Below, piece by piece: positions 1 through 8,627 of a stretch of DNA of 64,000 nucleotides; position 1 is the stretch's first letter; every line of letters starts with the position of its first letter. The notes under the pieces were generated by a model, which saw nothing but the letters and a program-made list of their open reading frames with translations, was not told where the DNA came from and ran no database searches. The stretch is taken from NCBI GenBank assembly GCA_963748215.1, contig CAVVHS010000007.1, positions 384,001-448,000 of the forward strand, read 5' to 3'. The DNA comes from an uncultured Gammaproteobacteria bacterium. GTDB lineage: Bacteria; Pseudomonadota; Gammaproteobacteria; UBA9214. A program made the translations under genes and the position numbers.

Positions 1-2
1 TC

Positions 3-1220
3 GAACTCGACCGCGGCCGGCTGAGTTCGTGGCCCGGGAACTACGATGATTACCTGCGCAGGAAGGCAGCACAGCTGGAGGTCGAGGAACGCCACCACGC
101 ACAGTTCGACCGCAAGCTCGCGCAGGAAGAGGCCTGGATACGCCAGGGTATCAAGGCACGCCGTACCCGCAACGAGGGGCGGGTGCGGGCGCTGCAGGGT
201 TTGCGCGAGGAGCGCTCGCAGCGCCGCGAACGTGGCGGCCGCGCCGACCTGCAGCTGGACCGCGGCGAGCAGTCCGGCCGCCTGGTATTCGAGGCTGAGG
301 ATGTCACGGTGCGTTTCGGTGAGCGCACCATCATCCGCGATTTCTCCGCCACCATCCTGCGCGGCGACCGGGTCGGCATCATCGGCCCGAACGGGGCCGG
401 CAAGTCGACGCTGATCCGTGTACTGCTTGGCGACCTGCAGCCGGACAGCGGGCGAGTGCGGCGCGGCACGCGCCAGCAGGTCGCGTATTTCGACCAGCAG
501 CGCGAGCAGCTCGATGCGGACAAGTCGGTGATGGACAGCGTCGCTGCCGGCAGTCAGCGCGTGATCGTGAACGGCAGCGACCGGCATGTGGCCGGTTACC
601 TTCGCGATTTCCTGTTCCCGCCGGAGCGCCTGCAGTCACCGGTGAGTTCGCTGTCCGGCGGCGAACGCAACCGTCTGCTGCTGGCGCGCCTGTTCGCGCG
701 TCCCGCCAATCTGCTGGTGATGGACGAACCGACCAACGACCTCGACGTGGAGACGCTGGAACTGCTCGAGGAACTGCTGATGGATTACCATGGCACCCTG
801 CTGCTGGTCAGTCACGACCGCGCCTTCCTCGACAATGTCGTCACCAGCTCACTGGTGTTCGAGGGTGACGGTATCATCAACGAGTACGTGGGCGGTTACA
901 CGGACTGGCAGCGCCAGCGCGCGGCCGGCGCGCAGCGAAGTCCCCGGTCGCCGGCGGCGAAGCCGGGGAAAACGCCACAGGACAGGACTCCCGCTGCCAG
1001 GCCGGTCAAGCTTGCCTACAGGGAACAGCGTGAACTCGACACGCTGCCGGCAAGGATCGAGACACTCGAAGCCGAGCAGGCGGCGTTGCAGAAGGCGGTC
1101 AATGACCCGGGGTTCTACCGGCAGGACAGTGCGGAGATTGCCGCCGCGCTGGCGCGACTGGAAGCACTCGGCACGGAACTGGAACAGTGCTACGCGCGCT
1201 GGGCGCAGCTGGAATCCTGA
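3..1220 (+). CDS. uup: ABC-F family ATPase Uup (5' end outside the window)
   Basis: Frame is open from base 3 (ELDRGRL...EEAWIRQGIKARRTRNEGRVRAL linker). Second ABC domain has GPNGAGKST, LSGGE and LLVMDEPTNDLD, followed by a C-terminal coiled coil (KLAYREQREL). Confidence 0.9.
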   Translation, partial: ELDRGRLSSWPGNYDDYLRRKAAQLEVEERHHAQFDRKLAQEEAWIRQGIKARRTRNEGRVRALQGLREERSQRRERGGRADLQLDRGEQSGRLVFEAEDVTVRFGERTIIRDFSATILRGDRVGIIGPNGAGKSTLIRVLLGDLQPDSGRVRRGTRQQVAYFDQQREQLDADKSVMDSVAAGSQRVIVNGSDRHVAGYLRDFLFPPERLQSPVSSLSGGERNRLLLARLFARPANLLVMDEPTNDLDVETLELLEELLMDYHGTLLLVSHDRAFLDNVVTSSLVFEGDGIINEYVGGYTDWQRQRAAGAQRSPRSPAAKPGKTPQDRTPAARPVKLAYREQRELDTLPARIETLEAEQAALQKAVNDPGFYRQDSAEIAAALARLEALGTELEQCYARWAQLES

Positions 1221-1231
1221 GCGGCCGCGGG

Positions 1232-1795
1232 TCAGGCCCGCGACATGTATTCGCCGGTGCCCGTGTTGACCTTGATCAGTTCGCCCGTGGCGAGGTATTC
1301 CGGCACCTGCACTACCAGCCCGGTGCTCAGTGTGGCAGGCTTGGTGCGCGCGGAGGCGGACGCCCCCTTCATGCCGGGTGCGGTATCGGCGATCGCCAGC
1401 GCCACGGTGGCCGGCAGTTCGATGCCGAGGATGGCGCCGTCGGCGATCATGGCCAGGATACCGTCGAGGTCCTCGGTGAGATATTGCAGTTCGTCTTCCA
1501 GGTCAGCCGTGCCGAGCGTGTACTGCTCGTAGCTCTCCTTGTCCATGAAGGTGCAGCCGTCGGCATCCCGGTACAGGTACTGCACCGGCCGCCGCCCGAA
1601 CTCGACCGGCTGGACGACATCGTCGCCCTTGAAACGGTTTTCATATTTCGCCTTGCTGACGATGTCGAAGCCCCGCACCTTGTAAAGTGTGCTGCCGCTG
1701 CGCGAGGACGGGCTCTGGACATCCAGTGCCTTGATGATCAACTTGCGGCCATCGATGTCGATGACCATGCCTTTTCTAAGTTCGCTGGCCTTCAT
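1232..1795 (-). CDS. yeiP: Elongation factor P-like protein (YeiP/EfpL)
   Basis: Starts MKASELRKGMVI at 1795. Has the SPSSRSGSTLYKVR loop and C-terminal KPATLSTGLVVQVPEYL...NTGTGEYMSRA. Confidence 0.88.
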   Translation of the reverse strand: MKASELRKGMVIDIDGRKLIIKALDVQSPSSRSGSTLYKVRGFDIVSKAKYENRFKGDDVVQPVEFGRRPVQYLYRDADGCTFMDKESYEQYTLGTADLEDELQYLTEDLDGILAMIADGAILGIELPATVALAIADTAPGMKGASASARTKPATLSTGLVVQVPEYLATGELIKVNTGTGEYMSRA

Positions 1796-1803
1796 CTGGC
1801 GGG

Positions 1804-2289
1804 CTAGTCGTGGTGGTGTCCGTCCGGGCCGTGTACGTGACCGTGTTCCAGTTCCTCGGGTGTGGCCTCGCGGATGTCGATGACCCTGACGTCGAAGTTG
1901 AGCTGCACGCCGGCCAGCGGGTGGTTGCCGTCCACGGTGATGGTGTCGTCCTCGACCTTCGCGATCATCACCACGATAGCCTGGCCGTCCGGGCCCTGGG
2001 CATGGAACTGCATGCCGGGCTGAATCTCCTGGTCGGCGGGGAACATCTCGCGCGGAACCGACTGGACCCGCTCCGCCTCGCGCACGCCGTAACCCTGTTC
2101 GGGCGGGATGGACACGGACAGCTCTTCTCCGGCGGTCTTGCCGGTGAGCGCGTCTTCCAGGCCCGGGATGATGTTGCTGGCGCCGTGCAGGTAGCAGAAG
2201 CTGCCGTCGTCCGACTGGTCGATGATGTTGTCGTCGTTGTCTTTCAGTGTATAGGCGATACTGATCACGCGGTTGTTTGCTATCTGCAT
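1804..2289 (-). CDS. slyD: FKBP-type peptidyl-prolyl isomerase SlyD
   Basis: MQIANNRVISIAYTL, YLHGASNIIPGLE, VDGNHPLAG and His-rich tail EELEHGHVHGPDGHHHD. Confidence 0.92.
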   Translation of the reverse strand: MQIANNRVISIAYTLKDNDDNIIDQSDDGSFCYLHGASNIIPGLEDALTGKTAGEELSVSIPPEQGYGVREAERVQSVPREMFPADQEIQPGMQFHAQGPDGQAIVVMIAKVEDDTITVDGNHPLAGVQLNFDVRVIDIREATPEELEHGHVHGPDGHHHD

Positions 2290-2577
2290 GCGAGGCTCCT
2301 GTAGAATTGTGCCGGGTGACTGCCGGATTTGGGTGATCGTAGCGGGCATGGCGGGAGAGCGAGGGCGTATCTTCCCGGCCCCGGGCGCATAACGATGCCA
2401 TGCAAGGGGGATAGGGGAAGTTCTGGCCGCTGCTTCCAACAGCGCAGTCGATAGATCCTGGGTCCGACAGCCTCCTGGATGCGGGATTGTGGCGTAAGGC
2501 GCCAAATGTTAGCACAGCCTATTGGCCGATGTGTGAAATTGCCGTGAAACAGGGGAAAAACAGGTATTACGAACGGC

Positions 2578-2841
2578 ATGGACTGGCAGGTATACATCAT
2601 TCTCTGTTCCGATGATTCGCTCTATACCGGGATCACCTGCGATGTCCGGCGCCGGCTCGGGCAGCACGGCGGCAAGCGGGGAGCGAAATATTTCCGCGGC
2701 CGCCAGCCGCTGCAGGTCGTCTACCTCGAAGCCGGCCACAGCCGCAGCAGCGCGAGCCGGCGCGAGGCCGCGATCAAGAAGCTGACGCGTACCGGGAAGC
2801 TGCGGCTGATCGGCTCTGGCGCACCAATACCCTGTGGATGA
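2578..2841 (+). CDS. GIY-YIG nuclease family protein (UPF0213/YhbQ-like)
   Basis: WQVYIILCSDDSLYTGIT...RRLGQH...GAKYFRGRQP...ASRREAAIKKL. Confidence 0.85.
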   Translation: MDWQVYIILCSDDSLYTGITCDVRRRLGQHGGKRGAKYFRGRQPLQVVYLEAGHSRSSASRREAAIKKLTRTGKLRLIGSGAPIPCG

Positions 2842-2870
2842 TATGCGAATGACCGACGCTGCGGCGCCGG

Positions 2871-3452
2871 TTAACCCTGCGGGTCGTCCGGTGGCACGGG
2901 AACGCTCGTGTCCTTGCCATTCGCAGCCGGGCGCACCGGCCTGGTGCGTAAAGCTTTCTTCTTGACGTCCAGCGTGAACCAGTCGTCCCGGGTGATTTCG
3001 TGGAAGTAGTCGGCTTCCTCTATCAGCTGCCTCGAGGTCGTGGCGGGCACGGCCGCAATCTCGACGCGCACGCCTTCCGATTTCAGATGGCTGACCAGCT
3101 CGATGTAATCCGAATCGCCCGACATGATGATGATGGTGTCGACCTTGTTGGCCAGTTGCGTGGCCTTGATGGATAGCGGGATATCCGCGCTCTTGTGGCA
3201 GGGGCGCACCGAGCCATGGTAGTTGGCATGCAGGCGTTCGCGCAGCTTGGACGAAATCTGCTTGCCTTCGCGGAAATACACCAGCCGGTTGAGCCCGCGG
3301 TTACCGAGCAGACGCGGCACCAGGGTATCGAAGTTGAGCATGGTGTTGGGCTTGTTGGTCTCGGCGTGAATACTGCGCTCGATGTTGTTGCCATCGACCA
3401 GGATGGCGACGGACTGGCTGATCAGGACCTGCTGGTTATCGCTGCTTGTCAT
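2871..3452 (-). CDS. NYN domain protein (LabA/DUF88, PIN-like fold)
   Basis: VAILVDGNN, KSADIPL, IIMSGDSDY, GVRVE and LIEEADYFH motifs. Start MTSSDNQQ at 3452. Confidence 0.85.
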   Translation of the reverse strand: MTSSDNQQVLISQSVAILVDGNNIERSIHAETNKPNTMLNFDTLVPRLLGNRGLNRLVYFREGKQISSKLRERLHANYHGSVRPCHKSADIPLSIKATQLANKVDTIIIMSGDSDYIELVSHLKSEGVRVEIAAVPATTSRQLIEEADYFHEITRDDWFTLDVKKKALRTRPVRPAANGKDTSVPVPPDDPQG

Positions 3453-3547
3453 CGGAAATGTCCGGTAAGGAACGGTATTTTTCGGCGGGTGCATTGTACA
3501 ATGCACAGAAATTATCCGAATTTCAATGATCGTTACGGGGTGCGGGC

Positions 3548-4012
3548 ATGATGGGCATGGCGTTGTCGATACACGTGTGGAGCGCTGTGATCTGGGTGGG
3601 CGGAATGTTCTTTGCCTGGATGGTGCTGCGACCGGTGGTGGCCGGCCAGCTCGAACCGCCGCAGCGGCTGACGCTGTGGGACGGAGTGTTCCGCCGCTTT
3701 TTCCCCTGGGTGTTTGCCGCAATCGCCGTATTGCTGGCAACCGGTTACTGGATGGTGCTGTCCTTTTACGGCGGTTTCGATCACGTCGGGCTATACATAC
3801 ATGTCATGCACTGGGGCGGCTATGTCATGATCCTGATTTTCCTGCACGTGTTTTTCGCCCCGACCCGGCGCCTCAGGGCCGCGGTGGCCGAAGCGGACTG
3901 GCCTGCGGGTGGCAGGGCGCTGGCACAGATCCGCCGGCTGGTCGGCGTCAATGTGCTGGTCGGCCTGCTGGTGGTGGCGGTCGCATCGGGCGGGCGTTAC
4001 CTGCTCGGCTAG
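3548..4012 (+). CDS. CopD-like integral membrane protein
   Basis: Four hydrophobic helices; HVWSAVIWVGGMFFA..VLRP, RFFPWV and IRRLVGVN motifs. Confidence 0.7.
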   Translation: MMGMALSIHVWSAVIWVGGMFFAWMVLRPVVAGQLEPPQRLTLWDGVFRRFFPWVFAAIAVLLATGYWMVLSFYGGFDHVGLYIHVMHWGGYVMILIFLHVFFAPTRRLRAAVAEADWPAGGRALAQIRRLVGVNVLVGLLVVAVASGGRYLLG

Positions 4013-4213
4013 CCCGCATGTCTCACCCGGACAGGCTGCAACCGATGTCACACGGTTTGTTGCCATATGGGCATCAGTTACATGCTTAAGCGCATGTTGT
4101 CGAACAACCGCCGCCTGGTGAGCAATGCGGGCCAGCTTGCGTGTACCCGAGCTGCGTACTACATTCATAATGGATAGCCACAAACGGCGCGAACAGGCGC
4201 AAGGAGCAGGGTT

Positions 4214-4567
4214 GTGATCGACTCGACAACATTCCAGGGTTCGGCCAATTCCGGGTTTCCGCATGCACCCGCGGGCTGGTCAGTAGCCGAGGCAGAGCAG
4301 GCGGCGTCAGGCGAAGGCCTGCAAACTGATGACGGTCACTGGGAGGCGGTGCGCGCGTTGCAGGAGTATTTTGCGCGGCATGCGGACGGCCCGGTGTTAA
4401 ATGCGCGTGAACTGCATGATGCCCTGGAGGAGAAGTTCCATGCCCGTGGCGGCATGAAATACCTTTACCGGCTGTTTCCGGGTGGCCCGGTGACGCAGGG
4501 TTGTCGTCTGGCCGGGCTCGAAGCGCCGGCTGGCAGCAGCGACCGTGGATTTGGCAGCGTGCAGTGA
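4214..4567 (+). CDS. TusE/DsrC/DsvC-family protein lacking the C-terminal cysteine
   Basis: HWEAVRALQEYF and KYLYRLFPGGPVTQGCRLAGL motifs. Ends GSSDRGFGSVQ rather than ...GCV. Confidence 0.8.
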   Translation: MIDSTTFQGSANSGFPHAPAGWSVAEAEQAASGEGLQTDDGHWEAVRALQEYFARHADGPVLNARELHDALEEKFHARGGMKYLYRLFPGGPVTQGCRLAGLEAPAGSSDRGFGSVQ

Positions 4568-4573
4568 CAGTCG

Positions 4574-5131
4574 GTGGATGATCATTTTGTCCCTGGACGG
4601 GAAGTCCTGACTTTCTGGTTCAGTGGGCCGGCAAGCCGACACTGGTTCAATTCCACGCCCGCCTTCGACAGCGTGATCAGGGAACGCTTCGAGGCCACCT
4701 GGCTACAGGCCCGGGACGGTGCCCTGTTGAGCTGGGAACAAACCCCGGACGGTGCCCTGGCGCTGGTCATCGTGCTTGACCAGTTTCCGCTGAACATGTA
4801 CCGCGATCAGGCGCTTTCCTACAGCACCGAGGCACAGGCACGGGCCGTGGCAAGTCGCGCCATCGAGCGTGGCCATGACCGGCAGCTGCCGGGTGAGCGC
4901 GTGGCCTTTCTGTATCTGCCTTTCATGCACAGCGAGACGCTGGCGGACCAGGACCGTTCGGTGGCGCTGTTTCGGGCGGCCGGGCTGGATAAAAACCTTG
5001 AGTTCGCACTGGGTCATCGCGACATCGTGCGACGCTTCGGACGTTTCCCGCACCGCAATCGTGTCCTCGGACGCGACAGCAGTGCCGAGGAACTCGCCTG
5101 GCTGGCCTCGCCCGGGGCTTTCAACCCCTGA
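4574..5131 (+). CDS. DUF924 family protein
   Basis: VLTFWF, LALVIVLDQFPLNMYR, FLYLPFMHSE and RFGRFPHRNRVLGR. Confidence 0.88.
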   Translation: MDDHFVPGREVLTFWFSGPASRHWFNSTPAFDSVIRERFEATWLQARDGALLSWEQTPDGALALVIVLDQFPLNMYRDQALSYSTEAQARAVASRAIERGHDRQLPGERVAFLYLPFMHSETLADQDRSVALFRAAGLDKNLEFALGHRDIVRRFGRFPHRNRVLGRDSSAEELAWLASPGAFNP

Positions 5132-5137
5132 GAACGT

Positions 5138-5175
5138 AAAAACGGCCCTGTACCGTGTCGTCCGGGGCAGGGCCG
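5138..5175 (-). terminator. Putative intrinsic terminator between convergent genes
   Basis: CGGCCCTG (5143) pairs with CAGGGCCG (to 5175). The adjacent A-run reads as a U-tract on the minus strand. Confidence 0.45.
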
Positions 5176-5209
5176 CTACTCTGTAAAAATCCGTTACGAA
5201 CCGGCCTGT

Positions 5210-5455
5210 TCAGTCAGCGCCAAGGCTCTTGTCTGCGGTTCCCTGCATGCAATCTGCAATGTATTGGTCCTTCTTGTCTTCATCCAGATCGGATGCGATG
5301 AAATCTGCAACACAGTTGGCCTTCTTTTCTGCGTCGGCTTCCATTTCGGCAGGGGAACCAGTGCCGGTGTCGCCGGGAACGGTATTTTCCTCCGACGCAA
5401 AGGTCATACCGGTCAGGGCAAGGGCGGCTGCAAACATCAAACTGCTGTACTTCAT
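5210..5455 (-). CDS. Small secreted acidic protein, unknown function
   Basis: AGGAG RBS, signal-peptide-like MKYSSLMFAAALALTGMTFA, and an acidic mature part with two Cys (ANCVADF...YIADCM). Confidence 0.6.
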   Translation of the reverse strand: MKYSSLMFAAALALTGMTFASEENTVPGDTGTGSPAEMEADAEKKANCVADFIASDLDEDKKDQYIADCMQGTADKSLGAD

Positions 5456-5754
5456 TTCTGTCTCCTGGCAGACCGTCTGGTCTGTGCATCGTGCGCGAGC
5501 TGCTGCCCGCAAGTGCATTAAGGGTGCAGGCGGCGTTCCTGTAAAGTGAATTGTTTTTATCCTGACCATGCAGAAAAGTATTCCTGCCGCCGACCGGGCT
5601 GCGCGCTTCGTCCGTCACCCCGACGGCAACCGCATGGCAGGTCCGGCGAGACGGGACGGCAGCCGGATTCTGCGGTAACATCGGCTCATGCCAGTCCCTC
5701 GATTCATCCTGTCAGCCGTCAGTCCGTGCTGAGCCGCCTTCCGGAACAGGCCAC

Positions 5755-7272
5755 GTGAAGCCCGGTCCCGTCATGCTGGTGATCTTCGATGGCTTCGGGC
5801 TCAATCCGAGTCGCGCGCACAATGCCTGGGCGCTGGCGCGTACGCCGCACCTCGACCACTACTTCGCCAGCTGGCCGCATTCCGTGCTGCAGGCCTCCGG
5901 TCGCGCCGTGGGATTGCCGGACGGGCAGTTCGGCAACTCCGAGGTCGGCCACCTGACGCTCGGTTCGGGGCGTATCCTGGAACAGGACCTGGTACGCATT
6001 GCCAATGCGATCTACGACGGCCGGCTCGCACACAACCCGGTCTGGCAGGATATGCTGCAGGGCGCCCGGCGCCTGCACCTGGTGGGCATGGTGTCCGATG
6101 GTGGCGTGCATTCCCACATCGAACACCTGTATGGCGTACTCGACCTGCTGCATGACAGCGGCATCGAGCCCGTGCTGCACATGATCACCGACGGGCGCGA
6201 TACTGCACCGCGGGCCGCACTGGACTATCTCGATCGACTCGAGGACAAGCTGACGCGCCTGGGCACGGGGACCATTGCCACAGTATGCGGGCGCTATTGC
6301 GCCATGGACCGTGCCAGGAACTGGGACCGTACCGAGCGTGCCTGGCGCTGCCTGGTGCGGGCAGACGGGTTGACGGCGGCATCGGTGCGCGCCGCCATCG
6401 AGTCCGCCTATGCACGCGGTGAAGGTGACGAGTTTATCCAGCCCACCGTGATAACAGGCTACCAGGGCATGGATCTGTCCGATCCGGTGTTGTGTTTCAA
6501 CTTCCGCAGCGACCGCATGCGCCAGCTGGCGGCCGCGTTCGGCCTGGCGGAGTTTGATGCCTTTGCGCGCGACGGCAGTGTGCTGCAACGCCTGGTATGC
6601 ATGACCGAATATGATGCGAATTACCCGTTTCCGGTGCTATTCGAGCCGCAATCGCCGCAAGGGGTGCTGGCCGAGCTGATCAGCGCCGCCGGGCTGCGCC
6701 AGCTGCACTGTGCCGAGACCGAGAAATACCCGCACGTCACCTATTTCTTCAACGGCGGCCGCGAACAGCCTTACGCCGGAGAGGAGCGCATCATCGTGCC
6801 ATCGCCCACCGTGGCCACCTACGACATGCAGCCGGAAATGAGCGCGGACAGGGTCGCGGACGAACTGGTCAAGGCCATAGAAAGCGCGCAGTATGATTTC
6901 ATAGTGACCAATTTTGCCAACACCGACATGGTCGGACACACCGCGCGCCGCGAGGCCGTGATCAAGGCCGTGGAGACTATCGACAACGAGAGCCACCGGG
7001 TATTCCGCGCGGCGCTGGAACGCGGCTGGCGCATCCTGCTGACGGCCGATCATGGCAATTGCGACGAAATGGTCAATCCCAATACCGGCGAACCCCATAC
7101 CCAGCACAGTGAGTACCCGGTACCGTTCCTGATCATGGGTGCGGGACCGGTGCGACTGGGGACCGGACGCGGCCTGGCGGACATCGCGCCTACCATCCTC
7201 GATCTGCTGGGTTTGCCACGGCCGCCGGAGATGACCGGGCACAGCCTGATACTGAGAGACGGACTGTTGTGA
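5755..7272 (+). CDS. gpmI: 2,3-bisphosphoglycerate-independent phosphoglycerate mutase
   Basis: LVIFDGFG, GNSEVGH, SDGGVHSH, TDGRD, AMDR, AETEKYPHVT, DMVGHT and TADHGN. Confidence 0.95.
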   Translation: MKPGPVMLVIFDGFGLNPSRAHNAWALARTPHLDHYFASWPHSVLQASGRAVGLPDGQFGNSEVGHLTLGSGRILEQDLVRIANAIYDGRLAHNPVWQDMLQGARRLHLVGMVSDGGVHSHIEHLYGVLDLLHDSGIEPVLHMITDGRDTAPRAALDYLDRLEDKLTRLGTGTIATVCGRYCAMDRARNWDRTERAWRCLVRADGLTAASVRAAIESAYARGEGDEFIQPTVITGYQGMDLSDPVLCFNFRSDRMRQLAAAFGLAEFDAFARDGSVLQRLVCMTEYDANYPFPVLFEPQSPQGVLAELISAAGLRQLHCAETEKYPHVTYFFNGGREQPYAGEERIIVPSPTVATYDMQPEMSADRVADELVKAIESAQYDFIVTNFANTDMVGHTARREAVIKAVETIDNESHRVFRAALERGWRILLTADHGNCDEMVNPNTGEPHTQHSEYPVPFLIMGAGPVRLGTGRGLADIAPTILDLLGLPRPPEMTGHSLILRDGLL

Positions 7273-7282
7273 ACCGGAGACA

Positions 7283-8242
7283 GTGATGAACGATACCCGC
7301 ACTTCCGACATTGCCGTGCTGGCGCACAACCCGGCCGTGGATATCAGCTACGAGGTGGCGCAACTGGTCGCCGATCGCAAGGTGCGCGCGGACCGTACCC
7401 GCTATTTTCCGGGCGGCAACGGCATCAATGTGGCCCGGGCGCTGGCCGAACTGGCGACGCCGTTTCGCTGTTGCAGCGTGGTCGGCGGCGAAAGCGGCGA
7501 TCTGCTGCTGCGCCTGCTCGGTGACCGGTTCGAAGACAATTACAGCATCTTCCGGGTCGCGGGCGAGACCCGGGTCAATGCCACCCTGCTGCAGAAGTCA
7601 CCACCGACCCAGTACGAGGTGGACAGTTGCGGGCCCGAGATACCGCCCGAAATCCTGGACGCTATGGATCGCTGTTTTCTTGCCGACTGCGGCAAAGGAT
7701 TCGGCGTGCTGAGCGGTTCGAACCCGCCCGGCGTACCGGATTCACATCGCCGCCTGCTGGCGGAACAGCTCGGGGCGCAGGGCGGCAGGGCGGTGGTGGA
7801 TGCCTACGGCCCGGTGTTGCAGGAGGCGTTGCAGGCGAACCCGTACCTGCTGCGGCTTAATCGCTACGTGCTGGAAATGACCACCATGCGGCGCCTGGAA
7901 AGCATCGAGGTGGTTGCCGCTGCCGCGCGCGAATTGCAGCAGGGCGGTGTCGAGATCGTCTGCATCTCGCTCGGGGCGGACGGCGCCATCCTGGCCGAGG
8001 CGCAGAACAGCTATCACTGTGCCGCGCCGCGCATGCACGTGCAGTCCACGGTCGGTTGTGGCGACGCGCTGCTGGCCGGCCTGGTGTCCGCTGCCGCGCA
8101 TGGCGCGGATGCACAGGCGATGCTGCGACTCGGTGTCGTGTGCGGCACGGCCACGGCCGCGCACCCGGGAACGGAATTGTTCAGCATCGAGGAAATCGAG
8201 CCTCTGTCCGCCCGGGTGCAGGTGACCGTGCTGGATATCTGA
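7283..8242 (+). CDS. PfkB / 1-phosphofructokinase-family hexose-phosphate kinase
   Basis: NPAVD, PGGNGINVARAL, GETRVN, SLGADGA and STVGCGDALLAG. Confidence 0.85.
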   Translation: MMNDTRTSDIAVLAHNPAVDISYEVAQLVADRKVRADRTRYFPGGNGINVARALAELATPFRCCSVVGGESGDLLLRLLGDRFEDNYSIFRVAGETRVNATLLQKSPPTQYEVDSCGPEIPPEILDAMDRCFLADCGKGFGVLSGSNPPGVPDSHRRLLAEQLGAQGGRAVVDAYGPVLQEALQANPYLLRLNRYVLEMTTMRRLESIEVVAAAARELQQGGVEIVCISLGADGAILAEAQNSYHCAAPRMHVQSTVGCGDALLAGLVSAAAHGADAQAMLRLGVVCGTATAAHPGTELFSIEEIEPLSARVQVTVLDI

Positions 8243-8305
8243 TGGTGGGCCGGGTACCGTGGCATGAAAGGGTGACAACTATCCGTTCTGGTGGATTGGG
8301 GGTAG

Positions 8306-8347
8306 TTGACAAATATCAAGGCCGTGGTCTGCAAGCTCTGCTAGTAT
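8306..8347 (+). promoter_or_regulatory. FNR-type box with class II promoter geometry
   Basis: TTGAC-AAAT-ATCAA at 8306-8319 (1 mismatch to TTGAT-N4-ATCAA). TAGTAT at 8342-8347 lies where a -10 is expected for a site centred at -41.5. Confidence 0.65.
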
Positions 8348-8398
8348 TTTAAATTGCCGGAGATTGTGCTGGTAGGCATGGCCCGGGGGGGGGCAGCC

Positions 8399-8587
8399 AT
8401 GAAAGACAAAAACACCACAGCCACGCAGGTCGCTCCGACTGACATCCTGAACGCCAGGAACAGCCTGGAGCTGATGTTGCTCGAATACGGCAACGTCCAT
8501 ATCGAAACACTTGGCCAGCTGCTCAGCCTGACCAGGACGGTTGAAATCGAATACTCGCATATTTGCGCCCACCGCCTTTGCCAATGA
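8399..8587 (+). CDS. Small hypothetical protein (62 aa)
   Basis: ATG after a G-rich RBS-like run and downstream of the FNR-like promoter. Fills the gap before convergent glgP. No recognised family. Confidence 0.5.
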   Translation: MKDKNTTATQVAPTDILNARNSLELMLLEYGNVHIETLGQLLSLTRTVEIEYSHICAHRLCQ

Positions 8588-8627
8588 TGCGGGCGACCGC
8601 CCGCGGCGTACGCGGTAGCCCTGTCTC

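Noticed and set aside
2578-2841. GIY-YIG as a homing endonuclease or mobile element
   Set aside because: It is the short stand-alone UPF0213 type, with no intron, terminal repeats or DNA-binding extension.
2871-3452. NYN protein as a toxin-antitoxin or defence system
   Set aside because: No adjacent antitoxin or defence genes are visible; it looks like an ordinary LabA/DUF88 member.
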